From the IMG/VR virus record IMGVR_UViG_3300020044_008670, positions 1 to 27,364 of that record: a stretch of 27,364 nt of DNA. One strand, given 5' to 3'. How positions within the stretch are numbered: the stretch's first letter is position 1; every line of letters begins with the position of its first letter. Origin of the DNA: a virus. Its lineage: Duplodnaviria > Caudoviricetes. Positions 1-7,406 of this stretch are shown here, one piece after another. Both the position numbers and the translations under genes were made by a program. The notes under the pieces are model-generated. The model made no database searches and had not been told where the DNA came from. It saw nothing but the letters and a program-made list of their open reading frames with translations.

Positions 1-351
1 CTCCCCGAGCTCGGCCCCCTTCCCAATCGCGCCCCCGTTCCCAATCGTGCCCCGCTCGCCAATGTTGGCCCACTCGCCAATCTTGGCCCCCTCGCCAATG
101 ATGGCCCCCTCGCCAATCTTGGCCCGCTCGCCAATGATGGCCTCCCCGCCAATGATGGCCCCCTCGCCAATGATGGCCCACTCGCCAATGTTGTCCCACT
201 CGCCAATCTTGGCCCGCTCGCCAATGATGGCCTCCTCGCCAATCTTGGCCCACTTGCCAATCTTGGCCCACTTGCCAATCGCGGCCCCCTTGCCAATCGT
301 GGCCCGCTCGCCAATGATGGCCCCCTCGCCAATGATGGCCCCCTCGCCAAC
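1..351. repeat. 18-bp tandem coding repeat (consensus approx. CTCGCCAATGATGGCCCC)
   Basis: Directly visible; encodes the hexapeptide repeat on the minus strand. Confidence 0.9.
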
Positions 352-402
352 ATAGATCGTGACGATAGGGCCGTCCGGGTTTGTGTGCTTACGTTCTTCC
401 AT
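1..402 (-). CDS. Hexapeptide-repeat (left-handed beta-helix) protein; 3' part runs off the window
   Basis: Not in the ORF track. Minus-strand ATG at 402 with SD GAAGGAGG. Reads MEERKHTNPDGPIVTIY-VGEGAI-IGEGAI-IGERAT-IGKGAA-IGKWAK..., about 19 hexads of the [IV]G-x-x-A-x type, and stays open to position 1. Confidence 0.85.
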   Translation of the reverse strand, partial: MEERKHTNPDGPIVTIYVGEGAIIGEGAIIGERATIGKGAAIGKWAKIGKWAKIGEEAIIGERAKIGEWDNIGEWAIIGEGAIIGGEAIIGERAKIGEGAIIGEGAKIGEWANIGERGTIGNGGAIGKGAELGE

Positions 403-429
403 GATCCCTCCTTCAAATTCGACGGAATT

Positions 430-459
430 ATTGTAGCGTGATATAGACCACTGGCGCAA
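430..459 (-). promoter_or_regulatory. Putative sigma70 promoter for the leftward operon
   Basis: Minus strand TTGCGC-N18-TACAAT upstream of the ATG at 402. Confidence 0.5.
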
Positions 460-479
460 CAGGCATCTTTTCGGGTATC

Positions 480-845
480 ATGGATACGTTAGACCGTCGC
501 CGGGTGTTGACCGTCAAGCAGGCTGCGAAGGTGGCCAAGGTGTACCCAAACACCGTAAACCGTTGGATACAAAGCGGTTTTTTGAAAGTAGTGCCGAAGT
601 TCGGAAGGGAGAAGGGCGATCGTGTTCTGCTCGGAGAAGTTCTGGACTGTGCTGCCGCCAAGCGACGTGGATCTGCAACGAGCCGCGGCGGAACACGTAC
701 AATGCCTCGCGACAGGCTTTGGTATAAACGCCAGATTGCTGCAACCCGTTTCCGTCGTCTTCTTGAAACCGCAGAAGAACGAGAGCGTCGCCTTGCCTGG
801 CAGCGCGAATACGCAAAACGCCGAAAAGCCAAAGGAAACCAATAA
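480..845 (+). CDS. Helix-turn-helix DNA-binding protein (excisionase/MerR-like HTH)
   Basis: LTVKQAAKVAKVYPNTVNRWIQSGFL is a typical HTH_17-like motif; basic C-terminus; lies directly upstream of the primase. Start codon uncertain. Confidence 0.75.
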   Translation: MDTLDRRRVLTVKQAAKVAKVYPNTVNRWIQSGFLKVVPKFGREKGDRVLLGEVLDCAAAKRRGSATSRGGTRTMPRDRLWYKRQIAATRFRRLLETAEERERRLAWQREYAKRRKAKGNQ

Positions 846-848
846 GTA

Positions 849-2807
849 ATGCTCGATCGTGCATTGGCCTGGGCCAGGCAGGGGTGGCCCGTGTTCCCTT
901 GTAACTCAACCGGCCACCCGGCCATCAAGGAGTGGCAGAAGAAGGCTACCACGGACGAGGCCATCATTCGTGCGTGGGACTGGGAAGACAAGCGCGTAGC
1001 GGCGGTGCCAGGACTGGCGGGCTGCTTCGTGATCGACGTGGACGTGAAGAACGGCAAGGACGGTGAAGCGTCGCTGGCCAAACTGGAGGCAGAACATGGC
1101 TTTGAAGCGTGGGAATACCCCCAGCAATCGACCCCTTCGGGAGGGCGTCATATTTTTCTACTCGGGAGCGCGCCTTCATCCGTTCAGCGTTTGCTCGGTG
1201 AAGGTCTTGATACCAGAGGAGGGACTGGAGAGGGTGGGCTTGGCTTCGTCTACGCTTACGGGGATGAGCCGCCCTGCGCTACAACTGATTGTATGGGGGC
1301 TCCCGGAAGCCTCCTGCAAGCCCTCGCCCAAGGCAAAAGAGAAATCAGCGAAGACCGGGAAACGCCGCGGGTAGAGCTAGACCAGCCCGCCAACGTCGAG
1401 CGCGCGCTAGCCTATGTGCGCAACCTGGCGTCCCCGGACGAGGGCGAGCGCAACATGAAAGTTTTTAAGACCGCCTGCACTTTGAAAGACCTGGGGCTTT
1501 CCCTTTCAAAGATATTCGAAGTGCTGGAGGATCATCCCAGCGTGACGGGCACCCCGCCCCTGTGTGAAGAAAACGAGGAGGAGTTCAATGCCACAGTCAG
1601 GTCGGCGTACAAAAACGGGCAAAGGCAACCGGGCATCGACGCCATCGACGAAGAAGCCCGCAACGCCGCCGCTCAAGGTTTCGACCTTGGAGAAGCGCGG
1701 GAGCAAGCGCCGCATGGCCGAGGTAAACGAAAGCTTACCTACTGGTCGGAAAGGCGCAGTCGCCCGAAGCCCCCGTGGCTGGTGAGGGGGGTATTCGCAA
1801 AGAACAGCCTGGCGGGGGTGTACGGCCCCGGCGGGGCGTACAAGTCCTTTGTGGCACTGGACCTCGCCTGTACCCTAGCCAGTGGCAAGAAGACGTGGCT
1901 GGAGCGCGACGTGCGAGCGGAGGGTCCGGTGGTGTATATCAGCGGAGAAGGCACGATCGACCCGCGCGTGAGGGCCTGGGAGAAGCACCACAATACGATG
2001 GTATCAGATAACCTGGCGGTATGGGACGGCATCGACCTGGCTGACACAAACCAACTTGAGAGCCTGCTGGAGGGTGTAGCCGCGGCGAAGGATGAAAAAT
2101 GGGGTGGCAAAGGCCCGGTGCTGGTCATCGTTGACACCTTGGCGCGGGCGACCCCCGGCCAGGAGGAGAACGCAACGAAGGACATGGGTGAAATCGCGGA
2201 TACATGTAACTCGCTGCGCCTGCATTTTCAGTGCTGTGTCATGCTGGTGCACCACACCCCGAAGGGCAGCCGGGATTGGAGGGGCGCGATCGCCATGTGG
2301 AACGCCCTCGACACCGGCTTGCTGGTCGAGAAGGCACGCCCACTGTCTTGCCGCCTGAAACTGGTCCGCCAGAAGGATGGCATGGAGGGCATGGTGTGGC
2401 GGGGGCTCATGAAGCAGGTCCCCACAGGGTTTCCGGTCGAGGAGGGAGACGAGCCCGAGACGAGCCTGGTGCTGGAGGGGGTGGCCGAGGATGCGGCCGA
2501 GCCGGAAACGATGTCCGCGCCCAAGGACGAGGCGATCCGCAAGCGCCAGATCACCGAGACTATCGCGGTGGAAATGAACCGCGGCCAGATTGCGGAGAAG
2601 TATCTGGTGGCGAGCGGCTCGGAAGTGCTGGTACCAGAACTGGCGAAATGGATGGAGGCCGAGGGTGTGAGAGGCGCGGCGACTTGGCTGCGTTCCGTGT
2701 TCAATCGGGGGGCGCTGAACACCGCGCACCCCTTGGCCCCGCGTGCGATCGGGACCAAGGCGGTTACAGGGTTCCGGGGAGGTGTTATTCCTCCGGAGGG
2801 GGAGTAA
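849..2807 (+). CDS. Bifunctional primase-polymerase fused to a RepA/AAA_25 (SF4-like) helicase
   Basis: Prim-Pol motifs GWPVFPC, VIDVDVKNG and TPSGGRHIF; PriCT-like GERNMKVF; Walker A GPGGAYKS; Walker B VLVIVDT; LVHH motif. Confidence 0.92.
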   Translation: MLDRALAWARQGWPVFPCNSTGHPAIKEWQKKATTDEAIIRAWDWEDKRVAAVPGLAGCFVIDVDVKNGKDGEASLAKLEAEHGFEAWEYPQQSTPSGGRHIFLLGSAPSSVQRLLGEGLDTRGGTGEGGLGFVYAYGDEPPCATTDCMGAPGSLLQALAQGKREISEDRETPRVELDQPANVERALAYVRNLASPDEGERNMKVFKTACTLKDLGLSLSKIFEVLEDHPSVTGTPPLCEENEEEFNATVRSAYKNGQRQPGIDAIDEEARNAAAQGFDLGEAREQAPHGRGKRKLTYWSERRSRPKPPWLVRGVFAKNSLAGVYGPGGAYKSFVALDLACTLASGKKTWLERDVRAEGPVVYISGEGTIDPRVRAWEKHHNTMVSDNLAVWDGIDLADTNQLESLLEGVAAAKDEKWGGKGPVLVIVDTLARATPGQEENATKDMGEIADTCNSLRLHFQCCVMLVHHTPKGSRDWRGAIAMWNALDTGLLVEKARPLSCRLKLVRQKDGMEGMVWRGLMKQVPTGFPVEEGDEPETSLVLEGVAEDAAEPETMSAPKDEAIRKRQITETIAVEMNRGQIAEKYLVASGSEVLVPELAKWMEAEGVRGAATWLRSVFNRGALNTAHPLAPRAIGTKAVTGFRGGVIPPEGE

Positions 2808-3186
2808 GGTCCGGGCTCCACGCGAACCTTAGAGGGTGTGTCCCCACGTAGGCGGGGGCCATAGGGTGAGAAGGGTCCAGCCCTTCCCCATTGCGGCCAG
2901 TAACCATGCGCAGCCAGCGCGCCAGGCGGGCCTTCTGTTGAGCAGTCTTGCCGCTCCAGTCCCCTCCCTTCACAATAGCGTCCACCGTCATCTGACAGGC
3001 CCCAGGGTAGCGCTTGCGTTGCGCCACGAGGGCGTCGTAGCAATAGCCGTACCAGTCGAGGCGCTCTGCCGCGGTGGATGGGGAACGCGGCTTGCGCGGG
3101 CGCTCCAGGTGGCCGAGCTTCTTCACGGCGCGCAGGACGTCGTCGCGGAATTGGCGCAGGCGGATTAGTTCAAGATCGTTGGCCAC
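2785..3186 (-). CDS. Hypothetical protein with a C-terminus resembling the primase-helicase C-terminus
   Basis: Part of ORF 2785..3246. Probable GTG start at 3186 after SD AAAGGA. Shares WLRxV...L...HPxAP...GT with the convergent gene. Confidence 0.65.
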   Translation of the reverse strand: MANDLELIRLRQFRDDVLRAVKKLGHLERPRKPRSPSTAAERLDWYGYCYDALVAQRKRYPGACQMTVDAIVKGGDWSGKTAQQKARLARWLRMVTGRNGEGLDPSHPMAPAYVGTHPLRFAWSPDLTPPPEE

Positions 3187-3246
3187 GGGTGGTCCTTTCA
3201 TGTGATGCGGGCGAGCCAGTGTAAAAGCTCGTTGCCGCGCTGTCAA

Positions 3247-3466
3247 TGACGCAAATATTAGCTGATTTATAAGGGTTTGTTTGCGTCGTTACGGGGGCGC
3301 GTCAACAACGATTTTTGGGGGGCGGTCAGAAAAAAGCTTGATGACGCATTGTTGAAGACGCAGTAAATGTGTTATTTTTCAACGGGTTAGCCGCGTCTAT
3401 GGTATATGCGTTATCATCCCTTATCTATCTCTCTCTCCCCTGTAAGGGGGAGAGTAGGAGATAAGG
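3247..3466. other. Candidate replication origin or regulatory region
   Basis: AT-richer non-coding stretch with six GACGC/GCGTC pentamers, an IHF-like TTTCAACGGGTTA and an interrupted inverted repeat at 3419-3466. Confidence 0.4.
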
Positions 3467-3575
3467 TAAATGATGGAGGGGTTCGAAAATCGTGTGTCGT
3501 TGGTTTGCAGAGGTTCGCGCTCAAGAACGCGCCTGGTGGCCGAACGGTGGTTGAGGGGCGGTGGGGTGCCGTAGA

Positions 3576-3604
3576 TTGCAGATGCGGCGGGGGTGGTGTA
3601 GGGT
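3576..3604 (+). promoter_or_regulatory. Putative promoter giving a leaderless transcript
   Basis: TTGCAG-N17-TAGGGT, with the ATG at 3611 six nt downstream. Confidence 0.4.
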
Positions 3605-3610
3605 GGTTCG

Positions 3611-4054
3611 ATGACAGATATCACCAGCAAGCCCGATCTGGAGACGTTGAGGGATGATCTCAGGATGGGGAGGCACCGCAAGGCGTTCTCCAGTCTCCGG
3701 GCCATGCGCAGGCTCTTGGAGCGCACCACGGTGGAGTGCTACGAGGGGCTACGCCCCATGAAGGACATGGCGGCGGTCGCGGTCGCCGTGAAGGCCATGG
3801 CCGAGATATTCGTTGCGGAGAAGACGCTGGTCGCCGCGGGCCTCGACATGGAGGAGAGCAGCCAGCATCCGCTGGGGCATGACGGCGGGATGCCCGAGCT
3901 GGCCCCCAGGAACTACCGATCGGTCACGAAGTCGTACAAGAAGGGCACAGGAGCCCGTGGCACACCGATAAGCGAGTTCAAAGTGGTAGAGGAAGGTGAA
4001 AGCGTCGGAACGCCCCTGGACCAGATCACGGACCAGATGGAAGAACAGTTCTAG
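3611..4054 (+). CDS. Hypothetical protein, possible terminase small subunit
   Basis: 147 aa, GC3-rich codon usage, helical N-half. TerS is inferred only from size and position and from the lack of a better candidate. Confidence 0.55.
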   Translation: MTDITSKPDLETLRDDLRMGRHRKAFSSLRAMRRLLERTTVECYEGLRPMKDMAAVAVAVKAMAEIFVAEKTLVAAGLDMEESSQHPLGHDGGMPELAPRNYRSVTKSYKKGTGARGTPISEFKVVEEGESVGTPLDQITDQMEEQF

Positions 4055-4448
4055 CTTTTCTCACCGGACAATTCGAAATTCTGCCAGCCTGATTTCCAAC
4101 GCGCGGTCAGAAAAGCACTTGGCGATATAGGATCGAAAAGCGGCCTGGCGGCCCCCTCCTCGATCGCCTGGCGCGGGCTGCGCTACGAGTGTTATAACAT
4201 TCCAAATGAGCTAGGGCTCACATTATCGGCGTTAAGTTAACACTGTAAACCAAGCTTCGCCCTAGGCTATTCGGCGTTCCTCGCCTTGCCCTGGCTCATC
4301 TGGCCCGATTGATTTCTTTTCGGTTTTCGCGCTTTTCTTGTTGCCAGCTTTTGCGCCCCATGAAATAACGGTTCTACGGCCGGGGCGTTCCCGACCAATT
4401 ATCGACGGTTTGACCGTCTATTGTAGCACCATTTGAAGGATCACCACC

Positions 4449-5201
4449 ATGATCAAAAAGCCCACGGGCCATATCATATACCAGGGGCCAAGTGCCCTTG
4501 ATGGCAAGCCCATCGTGGCCATTGCCATAGCGCGGTCAAAGAACACTAAGACCGCCGATATGGTACAGACCTATATCCTACGTGCCGATATCGACCCACG
4601 CGAGGCGAACCGGACCGGCCAAGATGCTTCGATTTGCGGTGCCTGCCCGCATCGCGGTTCGCCCAATAACTACGTGCATGGATTGGCCACGAACCGGACC
4701 TGTTATGTGCGCATAGATCAAGGTCCGCTTATCGTCTACAAATCCATGTTGCGCGGCATCTATCCTCGCGCCACAGGTCACAAGGCAATCGCGGCAATCG
4801 GCGCCGGCCGCATGGTACGTATCGGAACCTATGGCGATGGCGCGGCGGTTCCTTCATATGCATGGGACAGTCTGCTATCACAAGCTGCCGGGCATACGGC
4901 ATACAGTCACCAAAGCGGCGTCAATGGCGCGGCGTTCGATCCCGCGCGCTACATGGTATCGGCTGACAGTGAAAGCGCGGCGTGGGCAGCCTGGAATGCT
5001 GGCGCGCGGACCTTCCGCGTGATTTGGGACAAGTCAGACGTAGTACGCCACAAGGAAGTGCTGTGCCCTGCTAGCGCGGACATGGGCCACCGTACTACGT
5101 GCGACAAGTGCGGGTTATGTGGTGGTGCCAGCGTCAAGGCCAAGTCGATCGCCATCGTGGCGCACGGTTCAGGGGCTAACATGTTCAAGGCAGGGAGATA
5201 A
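4449..5201 (+). CDS. Conserved Cys-rich phage early protein (gp88-like, possibly radical-SAM-related)
   Basis: SD GAAGGA. Motifs YQGPSALDGKPIV, SKNTKT-DMVQTYIL, ICGACPH..CYV, RIGTYGD and CPAS..TCDKCGLC, recognised from memory as a widespread phage family. Confidence 0.75.
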   Translation: MIKKPTGHIIYQGPSALDGKPIVAIAIARSKNTKTADMVQTYILRADIDPREANRTGQDASICGACPHRGSPNNYVHGLATNRTCYVRIDQGPLIVYKSMLRGIYPRATGHKAIAAIGAGRMVRIGTYGDGAAVPSYAWDSLLSQAAGHTAYSHQSGVNGAAFDPARYMVSADSESAAWAAWNAGARTFRVIWDKSDVVRHKEVLCPASADMGHRTTCDKCGLCGGASVKAKSIAIVAHGSGANMFKAGR

Positions 5202-5205
5202 GACC

Positions 5206-5379
5206 ATGACAAAGCGAATTCACGACGACAACGATGCGGCCCCCCTGGCGCGTTTCCTCGCGCGCTACTCGCCACAAAGCGCAATGCCGGTTGACATGGC
5301 AATAGCGTTGCAGGATGCAAATCAGCGTCGCCCAGGTATCCTTGCACCGCGCGCCGATATCGAAGAACGGGAGGAATAG
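5206..5379 (+). CDS. Small hypothetical protein (57 aa)
   Basis: ATG at 5206 after GGGAG; ends EEREE-stop. Confidence 0.6.
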   Translation: MTKRIHDDNDAAPLARFLARYSPQSAMPVDMAIALQDANQRRPGILAPRADIEEREE

Positions 5380-5382
5380 GCT

Positions 5383-5661
5383 GTGACACCCGAACAGGAA
5401 GCGAAGATTAGAGCGGACTACGCCGCAGCGTGGGAAGCGGACCAGGAAGTAAACGCCAAAGAAGCGAAAGCGCGGGAGGCGGAAATACTCGCCGTAGCTG
5501 AACGCTCCGGCGCGTTTAACTGCGACCACGGCGTAGAAATGGGCGACCCTAGCGACGCTCATGTCATGGTATCAGAGGGGGACGACAACGGCGCGTATGT
5601 TCGCGCATGGGTTTGGGTGTCCTTTGAGGGTACGTCATTGGACAAAGAGCGGGAGGAATAG
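5383..5661 (+). CDS. Hypothetical acidic phage protein
   Basis: GTG start after SD GGAGG; DNGAYVRAWVWV motif near the C-terminus. Confidence 0.75.
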   Translation: MTPEQEAKIRADYAAAWEADQEVNAKEAKAREAEILAVAERSGAFNCDHGVEMGDPSDAHVMVSEGDDNGAYVRAWVWVSFEGTSLDKEREE

Positions 5662-5664
5662 GCT

Positions 5665-6018
5665 ATGCACAAGCGTATGACAGACAAGGCGTGGAAAGAG
5701 CTTCCTATAGACCACGCTGCAGTATGCCAGAATTGTGATTGGCGGGGCCACTACGAGGACCTGGACCCGATTAAAGACTTTTGGGAGCGAACAGAGGAAG
5801 GTGACATCGTATGGGCGGGGGATTGTCCGGAGTGTGGCGCTATGAGCTTCACAGCGGCGGAAATAACGCGCCAGAATAACGTCGCCAGGGCAGAGCATGA
5901 CGCACGCGCTTTGTTTATCGCACTGGAGAACCTTATGACCGCGATGGAAACACCTAGGAGCCGAAAAGCTGCGGAGGCCTGGGACTCCGCGCGAACCATG
6001 CTTATAGGCAAGAAATGA
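5665..6018 (+). CDS. Zinc-ribbon-containing hypothetical protein
   Basis: CQNCDWRG...GDCPECGA; SD GGAGG. Confidence 0.75.
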   Translation: MHKRMTDKAWKELPIDHAAVCQNCDWRGHYEDLDPIKDFWERTEEGDIVWAGDCPECGAMSFTAAEITRQNNVARAEHDARALFIALENLMTAMETPRSRKAAEAWDSARTMLIGKK

Positions 6019-6107
6019 AGCCGCGCCATGTGATCGAAGGTCGCGAAACGCTTGCGACCCTGGCCGCGATAGCCCTAGCTGTCATGCTGCTAGGCTGGAT
6101 CATGTGA
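6015..6107 (+). CDS. Small membrane protein (30 aa)
   Basis: ATGA overlap with the previous stop; MKPRHVIEGRETLATLAAIALAVMLLGWIM; followed by a terminator. Confidence 0.6.
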   Translation: MKPRHVIEGRETLATLAAIALAVMLLGWIM

Positions 6108-6112
6108 GAGGG

Positions 6113-6140
6113 AAGCCCGGTTTATCCGGGCTTTCTTTTT
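6113..6140 (+). terminator. Rho-independent terminator
   Basis: AAGCCCGG-tttat-CCGGGCTT followed by TCTTTTT. Confidence 0.85.
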
Positions 6141-6200
6141 GCTTGTCATGTCCGATTATCTCGGGATAAGGTCCAGCTATCGCAGCCGGAAGCAATTGAA

Positions 6201-6344
6201 ATGGATAGGTACACGATAACTTACACTTTCGCTTATCAAGGCAACGCGCGGGAATTCGGCATGGATGGCGTTGCGTATGAACGGGGGTTGACCGCTTACT
6301 ACGTCGCGCAATGGTGTGGCGTCAGCCTGTCATGGGAAGCATGA
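6201..6344 (+). CDS. Small hypothetical protein (47 aa)
   Basis: MDRYTITYTFAYQGNAREFGMDG...SWEA; below the ORF-track size cutoff; packs tightly with the next ORF. Confidence 0.5.
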   Translation: MDRYTITYTFAYQGNAREFGMDGVAYERGLTAYYVAQWCGVSLSWEA

Positions 6345-6347
6345 CCC

Positions 6348-6467
6348 ATGAGTGAGCCAGTATTCAATTTCTACACTCGTCGCGTCGGGGGATTGCGCTT
6401 CGTATGGCTTGGGCGCTTTGTCTTTTCGTTCTGCGTGCGCCGTGAAATGCGCGACCCCCGGCGTTAA
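6348..6467 (+). CDS. Small basic/aromatic phage protein (39 aa)
   Basis: MSEPVFNFYTRRVGGLRFVWLGRFVFSFCVRREMRDPRR; resembles, from memory, small early proteins of alphaproteobacterial phages. Confidence 0.65.
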   Translation: MSEPVFNFYTRRVGGLRFVWLGRFVFSFCVRREMRDPRR

Positions 6468-6496
6468 CTGCCATCTTGATTGACCGTTGAAAGGAC

Positions 6497-6655
6497 ATGC
6501 AAATGTTACAGAATGTTACAAACCCCCCGAAGGGGGCTGATCCCACGGTCCGGACAAGCCCGTTTATTGAGTTGCTAATAGCAATTCACCTACAGTCAGT
6601 CTTTCAGCGCAACTCATACTCAAGGGAACGTGTCTCCAATCTCATGGTTTACTAG
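6497..6655 (+). CDS. Small hypothetical protein (52 aa)
   Basis: GAAAGGA immediately upstream (better spaced for a second in-frame ATG at 6503); ORF ends just before a terminator. Confidence 0.4.
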   Translation: MQMLQNVTNPPKGADPTVRTSPFIELLIAIHLQSVFQRNSYSRERVSNLMVY

Positions 6656-6678
6656 CCCAATCCCCCTCGATACCGCCT

Positions 6679-6706
6679 AAGCCCGCCTTGTGCGGGCTTT
6701 TTCTTT
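6679..6706 (+). terminator. Rho-independent terminator
   Basis: AAGCCCGC-cttgt-GCGGGCTT followed by a T-rich tract. Confidence 0.85.
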
Positions 6707-6730
6707 GCCCGCGACCTGGCCGCAATGGGC

Positions 6731-6743
6731 TAAGCCCTTGATA
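6731..6743 (-). promoter_or_regulatory. IHF-consensus site
   Basis: Minus strand TATCAAGGGCTTA matches WATCAANNNNTTR. Confidence 0.4.
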
Positions 6744-7125
6744 CCATTGGGCTATCGGCATCGTGATCGTATAACATATATTATGGAACATCTACCCGCC
6801 TAGCGGGTTAGGCCATGGCGATATGAGTGAGCGCTCACCCCGCCTGGTACGTTATAACATACCCCTCGGAAATCTGGCGATCGAGGAAGGGGGTACCCCG
6901 CGCCTATTAAGGGTCCCCCTGCCCTGCCCCTTCGCCACCGGAAACTATGGGGCATTTTTCAAAATTCAAAACGTGTTCCCGGTAACGAACAACGTCTCGG
7001 AATAATTTTTATTATTATATAATTTCACAAAAACCAAAACGGCCCCTGGAAATCTTCCTGCTCGGTAAGAAACCGCCCGCGCAACCGCGAAAGAAGCACG
7101 GGTCTTCCCGCACGGGATCAAAGCG

Positions 7126-7134
7126 TGCTACAAT
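7126..7134 (+). promoter_or_regulatory. Extended -10 promoter of the packaging operon (leaderless type)
   Basis: TGC-TACAAT ending 5 nt before the ATG at 7140; no SD. Confidence 0.55.
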
Positions 7135-7139
7135 AGACC

Positions 7140-7406
7140 ATGGCCGACGCACCCTTCGTAATGCCCACCCGCATCGTTCGCATCCGCTGGGAGGATGCCT
7201 GCAGCTACTCCGAAGGGGAGTGGATCACCTGGGATCGGGTTCAGGAAGCGGAGCTGGCGTTCATCCAGTCGACCGGCTTCGTGGCCAAGGAGACGGACAA
7301 GTACATCGTCCTCGTGGGCTCGATCTGCGAGGAGGACGGCACCGCGGGAAGCGACATCTGTATCCCGAAGGCGAACATCGTAGAGCTGACGGAGCTTACC
7401 CCCTGA
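7140..7406 (+). CDS. Conserved small phage protein upstream of terminase
   Basis: VRIRWEDA..W...STGF....YIVLVGS...ICIPKANI pattern of a common small beta-rich phage family. Confidence 0.8.
   Translation: MADAPFVMPTRIVRIRWEDACSYSEGEWITWDRVQEAELAFIQSTGFVAKETDKYIVLVGSICEEDGTAGSDICIPKANIVELTELTP

Noticed and set aside
1-351. Possible CRISPR array or DGR variable repeat
   Set aside because: The units are contiguous 18-mers without spacers; no template/variable repeat pair and no reverse transcriptase are visible in the window.
47-355. Plus-strand 102-aa SPMMAP-repeat ORF
   Set aside because: It is the antisense shadow of the hexapeptide-repeat gene, which has an SD and a recognisable fold on the minus strand.
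6823-7005. 60-aa ORF containing LVRYN, and GGTACGTTATA shared with the tail fibre start
   Set aside because: It lies in a terminus-like non-coding block without an SD; the match arises from the GTTATAACAT element and is probably coincidental.
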